Notes under the pieces: generated by a model
Told to the model about the DNA's origin: nothing
The model's input: the letters and a program-made list of their open reading frames with translations, nothing else
Database searches by the model: none
DNA from: an uncultured Acetobacteraceae bacterium
GTDB taxonomy: Bacteria; Pseudomonadota; Alphaproteobacteria; Acetobacterales; Acetobacteraceae
Reading direction: 5' to 3'
Length of the DNA: 64,000 nt
Assembly: GCA_964250755.1 (NCBI GenBank)
Contig: CAXUHB010000001.1
Location: 169,136 to 233,135 of the forward strand
Shown: one piece after another, positions 8,905-19,349 of the stretch
Position numbering within the stretch: the first letter of the stretch is position 1
How the letters are laid out: each line of letters starts with the position of its first letter
Made by a program: the position numbers and the translations under genes

Positions 8905-10157
8905 TCGCCGCACCCCAGGCCTCCGCGCCGCCGCCCTTCACGCCGGGCACGACGCGCATCGTGCTGATGGAAGGCGTGAGCCAAACTGCGGTCGAGTTGT
9001 TCCAGGCCGCCGGCTACACGAACCTCGTCCGCCACGCCAAGGCGTTGGAGGGTGCGGCGCTGCTGGATGCCGTGCAGGGCGCCTACGTGCTGGGCATACG
9101 CAGCCGCACGCAGCTGACGGCCGAGGTGCTGGCCGCAGCCGGGCCGCTGATGGCGGTGGGGTGCTTCTGCATCGGCACCGACCAGGTGGACCTGCAAGCC
9201 GCGCGCACCCTGGGCATCCCCGTGCTGAACGCCCCGTTCAGCAACACCCGCAGCGTGGCGGAGCTGACGATCGGGGAGATCGTGATGCTGCTGCGCCGCA
9301 TCCTGCCCCGCAGCGAGAGCGCCCACAAGGGCGGCTGGGACAAGTCCGCCACCGGCAGCTACGAGGTGCGCGGCAAGACGCTGGGCATCGTCGGCTACGG
9401 CAACATCGGCAGCCAGTTGGGCACCCTGGCCGAGGCGATGGGGATGCGCGTCGTCTATTACGACCGCACGGACAAGCTGCGCACCGGCAACACGGCGGTG
9501 CTGAGCAACCTGGCCGAGGTGCTGGCCATTTCCGACGTGGTCAGCCTGCACGTGCCCGACACCCCGCAGACCAAGGGCATGATCGGGGCGGAGGAGATCG
9601 CCGCCATGCGCCCCGGCGCCTGCCTGATCAACAACAGCCGCGGCAGCGTCGTGGACCTGGACGCCCTGGCCGCCGCCCTGCGCGCCGGGCGGCTGGCCGG
9701 CGCCGCGGTGGACGTGTTCCCGCAAGAGCCGAAGTCGGCCGGGGAGGCGTTCAAGACGCCGCTGCAGGGCCTGCCGAACGTGATCCTGACGCCGCACATC
9801 GGCGGCTCGACCGAGGAGGCGCAGGAGCGCATCGGGGAGGAGGTGGCGCGCAAGCTGCTGGACTTCCTGCAGACCGGCAGCACCGGCGGGGCGGTGAACT
9901 TCCCGCGCATCGAGCAGCCGCGCCTGGCCGGGCACAGCCGCTACCTGCACGTCCACCACAACGTTCCCGGCGTGCTGGGCCGGCTGAATGCGGTGTTCAG
10001 CCAGCGCAACCTGAACGTCTCGGCGCAGCTCCTGCAGACCGACGGGGAGCTGGGCTACGTGATGGTGGACGCGGAGGGCGAGCCGTCCAGGTGCGGGGAG
10101 GTGCTGGGGGCGCTGTGCGGGATAGAGGGGACGATCCGGGCGCGGGTGCTGGGCTAA
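8892..10157 (+). CDS. serA: D-3-phosphoglycerate dehydrogenase
   Basis: 2-hydroxyacid dehydrogenase NAD motif GIVGYGNIGSQLG, catalytic region, C-terminal ACT domain; 421 aa; exact start uncertain. Confidence 0.85.
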   Translation: MDGLVAAPQASAPPPFTPGTTRIVLMEGVSQTAVELFQAAGYTNLVRHAKALEGAALLDAVQGAYVLGIRSRTQLTAEVLAAAGPLMAVGCFCIGTDQVDLQAARTLGIPVLNAPFSNTRSVAELTIGEIVMLLRRILPRSESAHKGGWDKSATGSYEVRGKTLGIVGYGNIGSQLGTLAEAMGMRVVYYDRTDKLRTGNTAVLSNLAEVLAISDVVSLHVPDTPQTKGMIGAEEIAAMRPGACLINNSRGSVVDLDALAAALRAGRLAGAAVDVFPQEPKSAGEAFKTPLQGLPNVILTPHIGGSTEEAQERIGEEVARKLLDFLQTGSTGGAVNFPRIEQPRLAGHSRYLHVHHNVPGVLGRLNAVFSQRNLNVSAQLLQTDGELGYVMVDAEGEPSRCGEVLGALCGIEGTIRARVLG

Positions 10158-10597
10158 CCCGCCTCTCTCCGCACGAGCAGCGTCGTCCCGTCCAGGCCCA
10201 CCACCCGCAGCAGCACACCAGCCTCCGGTGCCGAGCGGTCCACCACGCGGGCGGGCCAGGTGCCATCGCCCAGGCTGACGCGGCCCTCCCCGGCCTCGAA
10301 GGCCAGGGCGCGGCAGGTTTGGCCGATCAGGCCGGTGGTGGGGGCGTTCACCTGATCCACCGCCGCCGGGCGGCGGCGCATCCGCAGCGCGGCGGCGGCG
10401 ACCAGCACGGCGGTGAGCGCCAGGAAGGCCAGCACCTGGCCGCGCCAGTCCAGGTCTGCAAGCGTCGTGATGGCGCCGGTCCCCACCGCTGCCAGGCCGG
10501 TCGGCAGCAGGAAGACGCCGGGAGCCGCCATCTCCAGCGCGCAGCACAACAGGCCGCCGATAATCCAGAGTTCGCCGGGGGTCAAATGCGGGATCAT
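10154..10597 (-). CDS. NfeD-family membrane protein (YbbJ-like)
   Basis: Two N-terminal TM helices plus C-terminal OB-fold region; directly downstream of an SPFH/stomatin gene. Confidence 0.7.
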   Translation of the reverse strand: MIPHLTPGELWIIGGLLCCALEMAAPGVFLLPTGLAAVGTGAITTLADLDWRGQVLAFLALTAVLVAAAALRMRRRPAAVDQVNAPTTGLIGQTCRALAFEAGEGRVSLGDGTWPARVVDRSAPEAGVLLRVVGLDGTTLLVRREAG

Positions 10598-10712
10598 GAC
10601 GGCGTGCCCTGCCAGGCGTCGTCGTTGCGGGACGCGGTTCCGACGGCCCTTGGATTGCCGCGGTGCAAGGGCGCCTCGGAATGACGAGTTCTAGCGGCGG
10701 GAGGTGCTCTGC

Positions 10713-11624
10713 TCATGGCTGGCGCAGCTGCATGGCCTCGATGGCCTGCGTGATGCCTCCGGCCAGGGCGCCGGTCTCCACGGGGATCACCAGGGTGCGC
10801 CCGGACGGGTTGGCGGCAAGGCGGCCAATGGCGTCCACGTATTTCTGGGCGATGAAGTAGCGCAGCGCCTCCGTCCCGCCGTCCTTGGCGGCTTGGGCCA
10901 CCACCTGGGTCGCCTGCGCCTCGGCTTCGGCCAGGCGCACGCGGGCCTCGGCGTCCTTCATGGCGGCCTCCAGCCGGGCTTCGGCTTGCAGCACGGTGGC
11001 CTGCTTCTGGCCCTCCGCCTTGGCGATGGCCGCTTCCCGCTCGCCCATCGCACGGGCGACCGTGGCCCGGCGCTCGCGCTCGGCGGTCATCTGCAGGTTC
11101 ATGGCCTGCACCAAGTTGCCCGGCGGCTCGATCTTGCGGAGTTCGACGCGGCTGACCTTCACGCCCCAGGGCGCCGTCGCGTGGTCCAGGGTGACCAGCA
11201 GCTTGGCGTTGATCTCCTCCCGGCCCGACAGCGCGCCGTCCAGGTCCATGGCGCCGATCACGCTGCGTATGTTGGTCATCGCCATGCTGGTCAGGGCCTG
11301 CACCAGGTTCTGCGCGCCGTAGGCGGCCTTGGCCGGGTCCAGGACGCGGTAGTACATGATCCCGTCCACCACCACCGCCGCGTTGTCCCGGGTGATGACC
11401 GCCTGCTCCGGGATGTCGAGCACGATCTCCTGCACGTTCATCTTGTGGCCGACGCGCTCGACCAGCGGCAGCATCAGGTTGAGGCCGGGCTGCAGAAGGC
11501 GGGTGTAGGCGCCGAAGCGCTCGACGGTCCAGACCTGTCCCTGGGGCACGGTGCGCACGCCCAGGCCGACGCCCAGCACTGCGACGAGGGCCAGGACGCC
11601 GAAGGTGATGAACATGGGTTCCAT
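10713..11624 (-). CDS. SPFH/band-7 stomatin-like protein (QmcA-like)
   Basis: N-terminal TM helix MEPMFITFGVLALVAVLGV, band-7 core, C-terminal coiled coil AEAQAT...; ATG at 11622 inside the longer ORF. Confidence 0.8.
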   Translation of the reverse strand: MEPMFITFGVLALVAVLGVGLGVRTVPQGQVWTVERFGAYTRLLQPGLNLMLPLVERVGHKMNVQEIVLDIPEQAVITRDNAAVVVDGIMYYRVLDPAKAAYGAQNLVQALTSMAMTNIRSVIGAMDLDGALSGREEINAKLLVTLDHATAPWGVKVSRVELRKIEPPGNLVQAMNLQMTAERERRATVARAMGEREAAIAKAEGQKQATVLQAEARLEAAMKDAEARVRLAEAEAQATQVVAQAAKDGGTEALRYFIAQKYVDAIGRLAANPSGRTLVIPVETGALAGGITQAIEAMQLRQP

Positions 11625-11916
11625 GGGGCGCAGGCTCCTGGATGGGTGCGCGGCGTCAGCGTGGCGGGGCACCCTGCAAGCATGGGCCGCTTGGGCCGGG
11701 GCAGCAGCGTCGCCTGCCTTCCAGCTTGGCACAGAGCCAAGTGCTTAGGCCAGGCGTCCAAGTCCGTTGGGCGGCCCCACCTGTCGAGTGACAAGGGGGC
11801 CGGGGCTGCCCCGCTGCCACGGTCCGCCCTGACCCGGGACGGTGCAGCGCGGAAGGCCTGACTGGTCCGGCCGTTTGTCCCGGGACCGCAAGCGCCATGC
11901 CTCCCAGGCGATGGGT

Positions 11917-12813
11917 TCAGGTTTGTGAAGTTGGTTGCGTCGCCAGCAGCGCATCGGTCTCGGCGGCATCCGGCAGCGCCGCCTGGGCGCCGGGGCGGGT
12001 GCAGGCCAGGGCCGCCGCGGCGCAGGCCCGGCGCACCGCGTCCGGCAGGCCCGCGCCCCGGTCCAGTGCCGCCGCCAGCACGCCGGCGAAGCAGTCGCCG
12101 GCCCCGGTCGTGTCCACGGCCAGCACCTCAGGAGAGGGCGTGTGTCCGCTTGCGCCGTGGGTGGCGAACTCCGCCCCGTCCGCGCCCCTGGTCCGCACGA
12201 CGCCCACGCCCAATCGGTCGTGCAGCGCGCCGGCGTCGTGCGGACCAGGGGCGCCCAGCCAGGCGGCCTCCTGCTCGTTGACGATCAGCAGATCCAGCAT
12301 CGCCAGCGCGTCCGCGGCCAGCGGCGCCGCGGGAGCAAGGTTCAGCAGCACGCGGGCGCCGCGGGCGCGGGCGCGGCGGATCAGGGCGGCGGTCTCGTTG
12401 GGGTCGCACTCCATCTGCAGCAGCAGCGTTGCGCCGGGGTGCAGCTGGGCGTCCTCGACCTGATCCGCGCGGGCCAGCAGGTTTGCACCGGCGGCGACGG
12501 CGATCTGGTTGCGCCCGGCGGGATCGGTCAGGACCGCGGCGCAGCCGGTGGCGGCGTCCAGGTGGGCGACGCGGGACAGGTCCATGCCGGAGGCTTGCAG
12601 CAGCGCCAGCGCCGGGTGGGCGAAGGCGTCGCGGCCGACTGCGGCGGCCAGCGCCGCCTCCGCCCCGTCCCGATGGGCGGCGAGGGCCTGGTTGGCGCCT
12701 TTGCCGCCGGGGGCAGCGTGCAGCGCCGGGCACAGACGGGTCTCGCCGGGGGCGGGCAGGGCGTCGAGCGGGAAGCCGAGGTCCAGATTGACCGAGCCGA
12801 AGACGATGACCAT
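11917..12813 (-). CDS. ribokinase/PfkB-family sugar kinase
   Basis: MVIVFGSVNLDL start, GGKGANQA motif, C-terminal DTTGAGD anion-hole motif; true start is M112 of the annotated ORF. Confidence 0.75.
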   Translation of the reverse strand: MVIVFGSVNLDLGFPLDALPAPGETRLCPALHAAPGGKGANQALAAHRDGAEAALAAAVGRDAFAHPALALLQASGMDLSRVAHLDAATGCAAVLTDPAGRNQIAVAAGANLLARADQVEDAQLHPGATLLLQMECDPNETAALIRRARARGARVLLNLAPAAPLAADALAMLDLLIVNEQEAAWLGAPGPHDAGALHDRLGVGVVRTRGADGAEFATHGASGHTPSPEVLAVDTTGAGDCFAGVLAAALDRGAGLPDAVRRACAAAALACTRPGAQAALPDAAETDALLATQPTSQT

Positions 12814-12934
12814 GCGGGGGAGTTGGGCATGGTTGGGTGGGGTGGGCAATGGAAGGCGGTTTTCTGTCCCGCGGGGAGGAGAGCTGCGGGCGTATGCTTG
12901 GCCAGCAGGGCGCCGGCCTGTTCGGTCGGACGGC

Positions 12935-13225
12935 TTAGCTGTCGGCGGTGATCTCGGCTTCCAGTGCTTCCAGCGCCGCATCCAGGGCGGTGCGGTCCCC
13001 CTCGGGCACGCCGGCGGCTGCAAGGGCAGCGTCGAGACGGGTGCGGCAGCCATTGAACTCGGCGCCCAGATCGTCCGATGGCGCGACGGGGTCCTTGGAG
13101 CCGGCCAGGCAGTCCGCGTAGGCTGCGCGGGCCGCGGCGACGGCATCGCCTGCCGGAAGCGGCGCGAACACCTGGTCCAGGCGGGCGTCCACCCAGCCGG
13201 GGGTGCCGGCGATCTCCTCGGTCAC
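12935..13225 (-). CDS. hypothetical small acidic protein (96 aa)
   Basis: Strong GC3 codon bias and fits the gap between ribokinase and argF; no recognisable domain. Confidence 0.4.
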   Translation of the reverse strand: MTEEIAGTPGWVDARLDQVFAPLPAGDAVAAARAAYADCLAGSKDPVAPSDDLGAEFNGCRTRLDAALAAAGVPEGDRTALDAALEALEAEITADS

Positions 13226-13244
13226 GGCGCGGCCCTGACCGCCA

Positions 13245-14204
13245 TCAGCCTCCGCCCATGACCCAGGACAGGATGCCTTTCTGGGCGTGCAGCCGGTTCT
13301 CCGCGCCGTCGAACACCACGGATTGCGGGCCGTCTATCACCTCCGCCGCCACCTCCTCGCCCCGGTGGGCCGGCAGACAGTGCATGAACAGGGCGTCGGG
13401 GGCGGCCTGGGCCATCAGCCGGGCGCTGACCTGGTAGGGGGCGAGCAGATTGTGACGGCTTTCCGAGGGGTCGTCCGACATGCTGACCCAGGTGTCCGTC
13501 ACCACGCAAGCCGCACCGCGCACCGCAGCCTCCGGATCGGACGTCACCTCGATCCGCGCGCCCTGCGCCCGCGCCCAGTCCAGCATGTGCGAGGGCGGAC
13601 GGAGCAGGTCGGGAGCGGCGATGCGCAGGGTGAAGCCGAAGCGCACCGCGGCCTCGATCCAACTGCACGCCACGTTGTTGCCGGGGCCGCACCAGGCGAC
13701 GACCCGGCCCGCGATGGGGCCGCGGTGCTGCTCGAACGTCATCACGTCGGCCATCAATTGGCAGGGGTGGCTGCGGTCGGTCAGGCCGTTGATGACCGGG
13801 ACCGTCGCGTGCGCCGCCATCTCGTGCAGCTTGGCGGCGTCGTTGGTGCGCAGCATGATGGCGTCCACGTAACGGGACAGCACGCGGGCGGTGTCAGCCA
13901 CGGTCTCCCCGCGCCCGGCCTGCATGTCGCGGGCGGACAGGGTGATGACGTCCCCGCCCAACTGCCGCATTCCGACCTCGAAGCTGACGCGGGTGCGGGT
14001 GCTCGGCTTTTCGAAGATCATCGCCAGCGTCCGGCCCGCCAAGGGACGGGGCGGCGTGCGCCCGGCCGCCTTCAGCTCCAACGCCGCGTCCAGCATCCCG
14101 CGCAGGGCCGGGCCGTCGAAGTCGCGCAGGTCGAGGAAGTGCCTGGGCGGCGGAACGCCCTCCTCCACCGAGAAGGGCGCCTCCTTCCTGAGCGCCGCGC
14201 TCAC
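13245..14204 (-). CDS. argF: ornithine carbamoyltransferase
   Basis: STRTR carbamoyl-phosphate motif, HCLPA motif; GTG start overlaps argD stop (GTGA); about 319 aa. Confidence 0.85.
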   Translation of the reverse strand: MSAALRKEAPFSVEEGVPPPRHFLDLRDFDGPALRGMLDAALELKAAGRTPPRPLAGRTLAMIFEKPSTRTRVSFEVGMRQLGGDVITLSARDMQAGRGETVADTARVLSRYVDAIMLRTNDAAKLHEMAAHATVPVINGLTDRSHPCQLMADVMTFEQHRGPIAGRVVAWCGPGNNVACSWIEAAVRFGFTLRIAAPDLLRPPSHMLDWARAQGARIEVTSDPEAAVRGAACVVTDTWVSMSDDPSESRHNLLAPYQVSARLMAQAAPDALFMHCLPAHRGEEVAAEVIDGPQSVVFDGAENRLHAQKGILSWVMGGG

Positions 14205-15412
14205 TTCGCGGCGGCCGACATGGGGGAGGGCAGGCAGCGGCGGGCGCCGCGGCGGATCATCTCCACCGCCGTGTCCACGTCCGCGTCCGTCAGCACCAGC
14301 GGCGGCACCAGCCGCACCACGTTGTCCCCGGCGGCGACGGTCAGCAGGCCTTCCGCCATGAACGCCTGCTGCAACTCGCCGTTGGGCACGACGGCCTTGA
14401 GGCCCAGGATCAGCCCGGCACCGCGGACATCCTCCAGCACCGCGCGGTTCTCCCGCACCACCTGCTCCAGCGCGAACCACAGGCGGCGGGCCTTGCGGTC
14501 CACCTCGTCCAGGAAGCCCGGCGCCAGCACCACGTCCAGCACGGCGTTGGCCGCCGCGCAGGCCAGGGGGTTGCCACCGAAGGTCGTGCCGTGGGTGCCA
14601 GGGACCAGGACCTTGGCGGCGGCCTCCTTTGCCAGGATCGCCCCCATCGGGAAGCCGCCGGCGATGCCCTTGGCGATGGACATGACATCCGGCTCGATGC
14701 CCGCCCACTCATGCGCGAACAGCTTGCCGGTGCGGCCCATGCCGCACTGCACCTCATCCAGGCCCATCAGGATGCCGAACTCGTCGCACATGGCGCGGAC
14801 ATCGCGCAGGTATTGCAGGGAGGCCGGACGTATGCCGCCCTCGCCCTGCACCGGCTCCAGCAGCACGCCGGCGGTCTGCGGGCCGACGGCGTCGCGCAGC
14901 GCGTTCATGTTGTTAAACGGCACGTGGTCGAAGCCGTCCACCTCCGGCCCGAAGCCGGCGAGGTACCTCTTGTTGCCCGTCGCGGCCAGCATGGCCAGGG
15001 TGCGGCCGTGGAACGCGCCCTCGAAGCAGATCACGCGGTAGCGCTCGGGGTGGCCGCTTTCGTGCATGGCCCGGCGCATCATCTTCACCAGGCCCTCGTT
15101 CGCCTCGGCGCCCGAGTTGCAGAAGAACACGCTGTCGGCGAACGTCGCCTCCACGAAGCGCGCCGCCAGGCGTTCGGCCTGCGGCACGCGGTAGAGGTTG
15201 CTGGTATGCATCACCTTGGCTGCCTGCTCGGCAATGGCCTGCACGAGGTGCGGGTGGCCGTGGCCGAGGGAGCTGGTGGCGATGCCGGAGCCGAAGTCGA
15301 GGAATCGTCGGCCGTCCGCCGCGAACAGCCAGGCACCCTCGCCCCGCTCGAAAGCGAGGTCGGCGCGGTTGTACGTCGGCATCAGGGCGGGGATCATTGG
15401 GGTAACTTGCAC
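14201..15412 (-). CDS. argD: acetylornithine aminotransferase (class III PLP aminotransferase)
   Basis: 403 aa class III aminotransferase with the PLP-lysine region; argD-argF order is typical of alphaproteobacteria. Confidence 0.85.
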   Translation of the reverse strand: MQVTPMIPALMPTYNRADLAFERGEGAWLFAADGRRFLDFGSGIATSSLGHGHPHLVQAIAEQAAKVMHTSNLYRVPQAERLAARFVEATFADSVFFCNSGAEANEGLVKMMRRAMHESGHPERYRVICFEGAFHGRTLAMLAATGNKRYLAGFGPEVDGFDHVPFNNMNALRDAVGPQTAGVLLEPVQGEGGIRPASLQYLRDVRAMCDEFGILMGLDEVQCGMGRTGKLFAHEWAGIEPDVMSIAKGIAGGFPMGAILAKEAAAKVLVPGTHGTTFGGNPLACAAANAVLDVVLAPGFLDEVDRKARRLWFALEQVVRENRAVLEDVRGAGLILGLKAVVPNGELQQAFMAEGLLTVAAGDNVVRLVPPLVLTDADVDTAVEMIRRGARRCLPSPMSAAAK

Positions 15413-15516
15413 CTCGGGCTTGACGCGATCCCGTGCCGCGCGGCCCGTCGCCGGCAGCAGGGGAAGCAGGGACTGTGGCGGGCCGACTGCGGGTAAGTCA
15501 ACGCATTGCTTGCTAG

Positions 15517-15541
15517 TCCCTCTCCCAGAGGGAAAGGGGGC
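15517..15541. repeat. degenerate REP-like hairpin (ccctctccc-aga-gggaaaggg), possible terminator of the PRC-barrel gene
   Basis: Imperfect palindrome related to the ccctctccc/gggagaggg unit; sits in the PRC-barrel/argD intergenic region; translates as SPSPRGKGG in a spurious ORF. Confidence 0.3.
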
Positions 15542-15550
15542 TGGAAAGTC

Positions 15551-15955
15551 TCAATACGAAAAGCTCGGCATCGCCTCCAGCGCATCCTTCGTCACCCCCG
15601 GCAGCACCAGGCGGTCCCCGTCGCGCTTCAACTGCGGATAGGGCACGGCGACCAGCTTGGCGCCGACGCCCAGGAAGCCGCCGACGGCGATGATGGCGAC
15701 GGAGACCTTGTCGCCCTCCACCATCACCAGGTCGTCCACGCTGCCGACGCGTTCCCCGGCGTCGGTGAACACGCCCGCGCCGATCACGCCCGTCAGGCGC
15801 TGGCCGCGCTCCAGCCGCACGGCGGACACTGCGAGGTTCGGGTTGTTCGTCGTCGCGACGATGCCGGGCAGGGCCGGGCTGGCCGCGGGGGACGCCGGCT
15901 GCGCCTGCGCTGGCCCGGCCAGGAGCAGGAGGGCGGCGAGCACGGGCTTGGTCAT
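15551..15955 (-). CDS. PRC-barrel domain protein with signal peptide
   Basis: MTKPVLAALLLLAGPAQA signal; PRC-barrel pattern GxxVxDxxGxxxGxVxDLxxDxxxxKVxxAIIAVGGFLGVGxKxVAVP. Confidence 0.6.
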   Translation of the reverse strand: MTKPVLAALLLLAGPAQAQPASPAASPALPGIVATTNNPNLAVSAVRLERGQRLTGVIGAGVFTDAGERVGSVDDLVMVEGDKVSVAIIAVGGFLGVGAKLVAVPYPQLKRDGDRLVLPGVTKDALEAMPSFSY

Positions 15956-16040
15956 TGGAACCTCGGTCTGGTGATGGGCAGGAAACGCCGGGTTCGCGCG
16001 CCGGGTTCCGGCGGCGGGGCCGGCGTGCCATGCTGCGGGG

Positions 16041-16673
16041 ATGGCCCGGCCCCCCGACCCGCCCAGCACCCCCCGGCGCGAGCGCCGCCCGCCGCCGCCT
16101 GCCGGCCCTGCCCCCACCCGCGCGAAGCTGCACGAGGCCGCGCTGGCGCACCTGGCCCGGTTCAGCGCCAGCGAGGCCGGGCTGGTCCGGGTGCTGGACC
16201 GCCGCATAGACCGCTGGCTGCGCCGCGCCGCAGCAGAGACTCCCGGGCAAGAGCCGCCGGACGCTGCCCCGTCCCGCGCTGCGGCGCGGGAGGTCGCGCG
16301 CGCCCTGGTGCAGTCCGGCGTGGTGGACGATGCCGCCTATGCCCAGGGCCGCGCGCGCAGCCTGACCCGGGCCGGCCGGTCCCGCCGGGCCATCGGCGCG
16401 CACCTGTCCATGAAGGGCGTGCCGAAGGAGGTCGCCCAGGCCGCCCTGCCGGAGCCGGAGGCCGAGCTGGCGGCGGCCCTGGCCTATGCGCGGCGGCGGC
16501 GCCTCGGCCCGTTCCGCAAGGAGCAGCCGGAGGGGGCCGATCCCGCCGAACTCCGCCGCAAGGAGGCCGGGGCGATGGCCCGGGCGGGTTTCCCGCAGCC
16601 CGTCGCGATGCAGGCGCTGCGCATGGACCGGGACGCGGCGGAGCTGGCGGTGATCGGCTTGAAGCAGTCCTGA
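16041..16673 (+). CDS. recX: RecX-like regulatory protein
   Basis: Three-repeat helical pattern (ALAHLARFSASEAGLVRVLDRR ... HLSMKGVPKEVAQAAL ... AMARAGFPQPVAMQAL) typical of RecX; not adjacent to recA. Confidence 0.55.
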   Translation: MARPPDPPSTPRRERRPPPPAGPAPTRAKLHEAALAHLARFSASEAGLVRVLDRRIDRWLRRAAAETPGQEPPDAAPSRAAAREVARALVQSGVVDDAAYAQGRARSLTRAGRSRRAIGAHLSMKGVPKEVAQAALPEPEAELAAALAYARRRRLGPFRKEQPEGADPAELRRKEAGAMARAGFPQPVAMQALRMDRDAAELAVIGLKQS

Positions 16674-16702
16674 CGTGAGCGCCGACCCATGAGCGTTGAC
16701 CC

Positions 16703-17425
16703 ATGAGCGCCGCCCGGCCCCGCTTCTCCCGTGCCGCGGTGCTGGCCGGGGCGCGCGCCGCGCTGCCGCTGCAGGCTGCCGTCATCCCCTTCGCGCTGGT
16801 GTGCGGCATCGTGTCGCAAGGGGCGGGGCTGTCATTGGCGGAGGCGGCGTTGATGAGCGGGGTCGTCTATGCCGGGTCGGCGCAACTGCTGGCGCTGGGC
16901 CACTGGGCCGACCCGGCGCCGGTGCTGGCCGCGGCGTTCGCGTCCTTCGTGGTCAACCTGCGGCTGGCGCTGATGGGGCCGGTGCTGTCTCCCTGGCTGG
17001 ACCGGCTGCGCGGCTGGCGGCTGTGGGGCAGCCTGTTCGTGATGGCGGACCAGAACTGGGCGCTTGCAGTGGCGGAGATGCAGGCGGGGCGGTCGGACGC
17101 CGGGTTCCTGTTCGGCTCGGGCGCGCTGATGTGGGCGGTGTGGGTCGCTGGCACGGCGGCGGGGCACGTGGTGGGCGCGACGATGCGGCCGTCGCCGGGG
17201 CATCCGCTGTTCTTTTCGGCGCTGGCGGTGTTCGTGGCCATCCTGGTGCCGATGTGGCGGGGGCGGGCGGACCTGCTGCCGTGGGGCGTTGCCGCCGCTG
17301 CGGCGGTCGGGGTGTCGCGCCTGCTGCCGGGCACGTCCTGGCACATCGTGGCCGGGGCGCTGATGGGGGCTGCCGTGGGAGTGCTGCGCGATCGGGTGGC
17401 GAAGAACGGGGCACCTGCGGCATGA
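16703..17425 (+). CDS. azlC: AzlC-family branched-chain amino acid exporter subunit
   Basis: 240 aa polytopic protein with the AzlC signature (AVIPFALVCGIVSQGAGLSLAEAALMSGVVYAGSAQ). Confidence 0.8.
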   Translation: MSAARPRFSRAAVLAGARAALPLQAAVIPFALVCGIVSQGAGLSLAEAALMSGVVYAGSAQLLALGHWADPAPVLAAAFASFVVNLRLALMGPVLSPWLDRLRGWRLWGSLFVMADQNWALAVAEMQAGRSDAGFLFGSGALMWAVWVAGTAAGHVVGATMRPSPGHPLFFSALAVFVAILVPMWRGRADLLPWGVAAAAAVGVSRLLPGTSWHIVAGALMGAAVGVLRDRVAKNGAPAA

Positions 17426-17727
17426 GGCTGGACCTTTGGGTGCTGGCCGCCATCGCCGCGATGGCGGCGGCCACCTACCTGACCCGGGCCGGCGGCTACT
17501 GGCTGTTCCGGGTGGTCAAGCCCGCCCCGGCGGTGCGGGCCATGCTGGGCTACATCCCGGGCGCGCTGTTCGTCAGCTACGTGGTGCCGGCGCTGGCGTC
17601 CGGGGGCGTGCAGGAGTGGGTGGGGGCTGCTGCGACTGCGGGCGTCATGGCATGGACGCGCAACCTTTCATTGGCGATCCTGGGCGGCACTGCCGCGGCG
17701 GCTGCGGTGTGGCTTTGGCCGCACTGA
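17422..17727 (+). CDS. azlD: AzlD-family branched-chain amino acid transport protein
   Basis: 101 aa, 3-4 TM helices; ATG overlaps azlC stop (ATGA); C-terminal part of ORF 16696..17727. Confidence 0.7.
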   Translation: MRLDLWVLAAIAAMAAATYLTRAGGYWLFRVVKPAPAVRAMLGYIPGALFVSYVVPALASGGVQEWVGAAATAGVMAWTRNLSLAILGGTAAAAAVWLWPH

Positions 17728-17806
17728 TTGGGCTGCCCTGATCGGGTCGCCTTGATCGGGCCGCATCCGCTGGGCCACGGTGTTTGAGCGGGGCAGGGAG
17801 GCCGGG

Positions 17807-18316
17807 ATGATTCGCGTTGTGGCGCGGCAGGGCGCGCAGTTGGGGGCTCTGTTGGGCGTGCTGGGGCTGGCCGCGTGCGGCGGCCGCCCGTCCACCGGCG
17901 CGTCCACCGCGCTGGAGTGCGTGCCCTTCGCCCGGCAGGTCAGCGGCATACAGTTGTATGGCGACGCCCATACCTGGTGGGACCAGGCCGCCGGGCAGTA
18001 TGGGCGCGGGACGCAGCCCGTGCGCGGCGGGGTGCTGGTGTTCCGCCGGACTGGCCGCTTGGCGCACGGCCATGTGTCGGTCGTGTCCGAGGTCGTGTCG
18101 GACCGGGAGATCAGGGTGACGCAGGCCAACTGGGTCCACCGCCGCATCGGACGGGACGAGCCGGTGCTGGACGTGTCGCCCGCCGGGGACTGGAGCGCGG
18201 TGCGCGTCTGGTGGGCGCCGTCGCGCGCCCTGGGCGCAAGCACCTATCCGACCTACGGCTTCATCTCGCCGGGCTCGGCGCGGGAGGACCGGGTGGCGGG
18301 GCTGGCGGCCCCGTAA
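17807..18316 (+). CDS. CHAP-domain lipoprotein (cell-wall amidase/peptidase family)
   Basis: Lipobox LGLAAC; CHAP Cys (LECVPFAR) and His (GHVSVV) residues. Confidence 0.6.
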   Translation: MIRVVARQGAQLGALLGVLGLAACGGRPSTGASTALECVPFARQVSGIQLYGDAHTWWDQAAGQYGRGTQPVRGGVLVFRRTGRLAHGHVSVVSEVVSDREIRVTQANWVHRRIGRDEPVLDVSPAGDWSAVRVWWAPSRALGASTYPTYGFISPGSAREDRVAGLAAP

Positions 18317-18361
18317 TTCGCTTGCATGGCGGCGCGGCCCGCGCCACATGAACGCCGCAAC

Positions 18362-18387
18362 GGCGGTGCCCAACCCGCCCCGTTTTT
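18362..18387 (+). terminator. putative intrinsic terminator after the CHAP-domain gene
   Basis: ggcgg-tgcccaac-ccgcc stem-loop followed by ccgTTTTT, one of the few T-runs in this GC-rich window. Confidence 0.4.
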
Positions 18388-18446
18388 CGCGCCGGGCCGC
18401 GCCCGGACCAGTTTAAGCGCCGGGCCAAGCCCGGCATGGAGGGATC

Positions 18447-18701
18447 ATGGGTAGCTTCAGCATCTGGCACTGGTTGATCGTGCTGGCCGTCATCCTCGTG
18501 CTGTTCGGTGGCGGCAACAAGATCAGCGGGCTGATGGGCGACTTCGCCAAGGGCATCAAGTCGTTCAAGAAGAACATGGCGGAGGAGGGCGACGCCTCGA
18601 TGGAGGCCAGCGCCGCCGAGCGCCCGACGGGCACCATCCCCGGCCCCGCGGTCAAGACCACGACCACCGTTCACGAGACTACGGCGACCCGTCCCGGCTG
18701 A
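18447..18701 (+). CDS. tatA: twin-arginine translocase subunit TatA/E
   Basis: [42 protein letters not shown] is the canonical TatA TM plus amphipathic helix. Confidence 0.9.
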   Translation: MGSFSIWHWLIVLAVILVLFGGGNKISGLMGDFAKGIKSFKKNMAEEGDASMEASAAERPTGTIPGPAVKTTTTVHETTATRPG

Positions 18702-18725
18702 TCTGTGGCGGCGATGTGGCCCTAG

Positions 18726-19349
18726 ATGGCCGACTATCCGGCGGTTCAGGTCCCGGCCTGGGCCGCCCAGGCGATTATCGGCGCGGGGCGACGCATGGAC
18801 GCACAGGGCTGGGTGCCGGCCACTGCGGGCAACCTGTCCGTGCGCCTGTCGGACACCCAGGCCGCCATCACCCGCAGCGGTCGCCACAAAGGCCATCTAG
18901 AGGCCGGCCACGTCATGGTGGTGGACCTGGATGGCACCCCGCTGACTCCTGGCGCACGGCCCAGCGCCGAGACGGGGCTGCATTGCCAGATATACCAGAT
19001 GTTTCTCGGGGCCGGCGCCGTGTTGCATGGCCACTCTGTCGCCGCCACGGTCCTGTCTCGGCTGGTGCGGGAGGACCGTCTGACTCTGGCGGGTTACGAG
19101 CTGCTCAAGGCGTTCGAGGGGCAGGAGACGCATGACGCCGTGCTGGATGTGCCGGTATTCGACAACGACCAGGACATTCCCCGCCTGGCCGCCGCCATCG
19201 CGCCGCACCTGCCACACTGCCGGGCCGGTTACCTGATACGCGGCCACGGCGTGTATATATGGGGTCCCGACATGGATGCCGCCCTGGCCCGGCTGGAAGC
19301 GCTGGAGTTCCTGCTGGCCTGCGAGCTTGAACACAGGAAGATGACATGA
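18726..19349 (+). CDS. mtnB: methylthioribulose-1-phosphate dehydratase (class II aldolase/adducin fold)
   Basis: Class II aldolase motifs incl. HGH; sits in an mtnB-mtnD-mtnC arrangement. Confidence 0.8.
   Translation: MADYPAVQVPAWAAQAIIGAGRRMDAQGWVPATAGNLSVRLSDTQAAITRSGRHKGHLEAGHVMVVDLDGTPLTPGARPSAETGLHCQIYQMFLGAGAVLHGHSVAATVLSRLVREDRLTLAGYELLKAFEGQETHDAVLDVPVFDNDQDIPRLAAAIAPHLPHCRAGYLIRGHGVYIWGPDMDAALARLEALEFLLACELEHRKMT

Noticed and set aside
6886-8913. 675-aa minus-strand ORF, plus the 462-aa alternative-frame ORF 7344..8732, overlapping the dehydratase-like gene
   Set aside because: Arg/Ala/Gly/Pro-rich low-complexity translation typical of antisense or out-of-frame reading of high-GC coding DNA; the plus-strand gene has a clear domain structure
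8729-10684. 651-aa ORF in an alternative frame, plus the 548-aa ORF 8901..10547 antisense to serA
   Set aside because: Compositionally biased (R/G/A/P) GC artefacts; serA in its own frame has canonical motifs
13287-15041. 584-aa plus-strand ORF antisense to argF/argD
   Set aside because: Antisense artefact; the minus-strand genes carry STRTR/HCLPA and aminotransferase motifs
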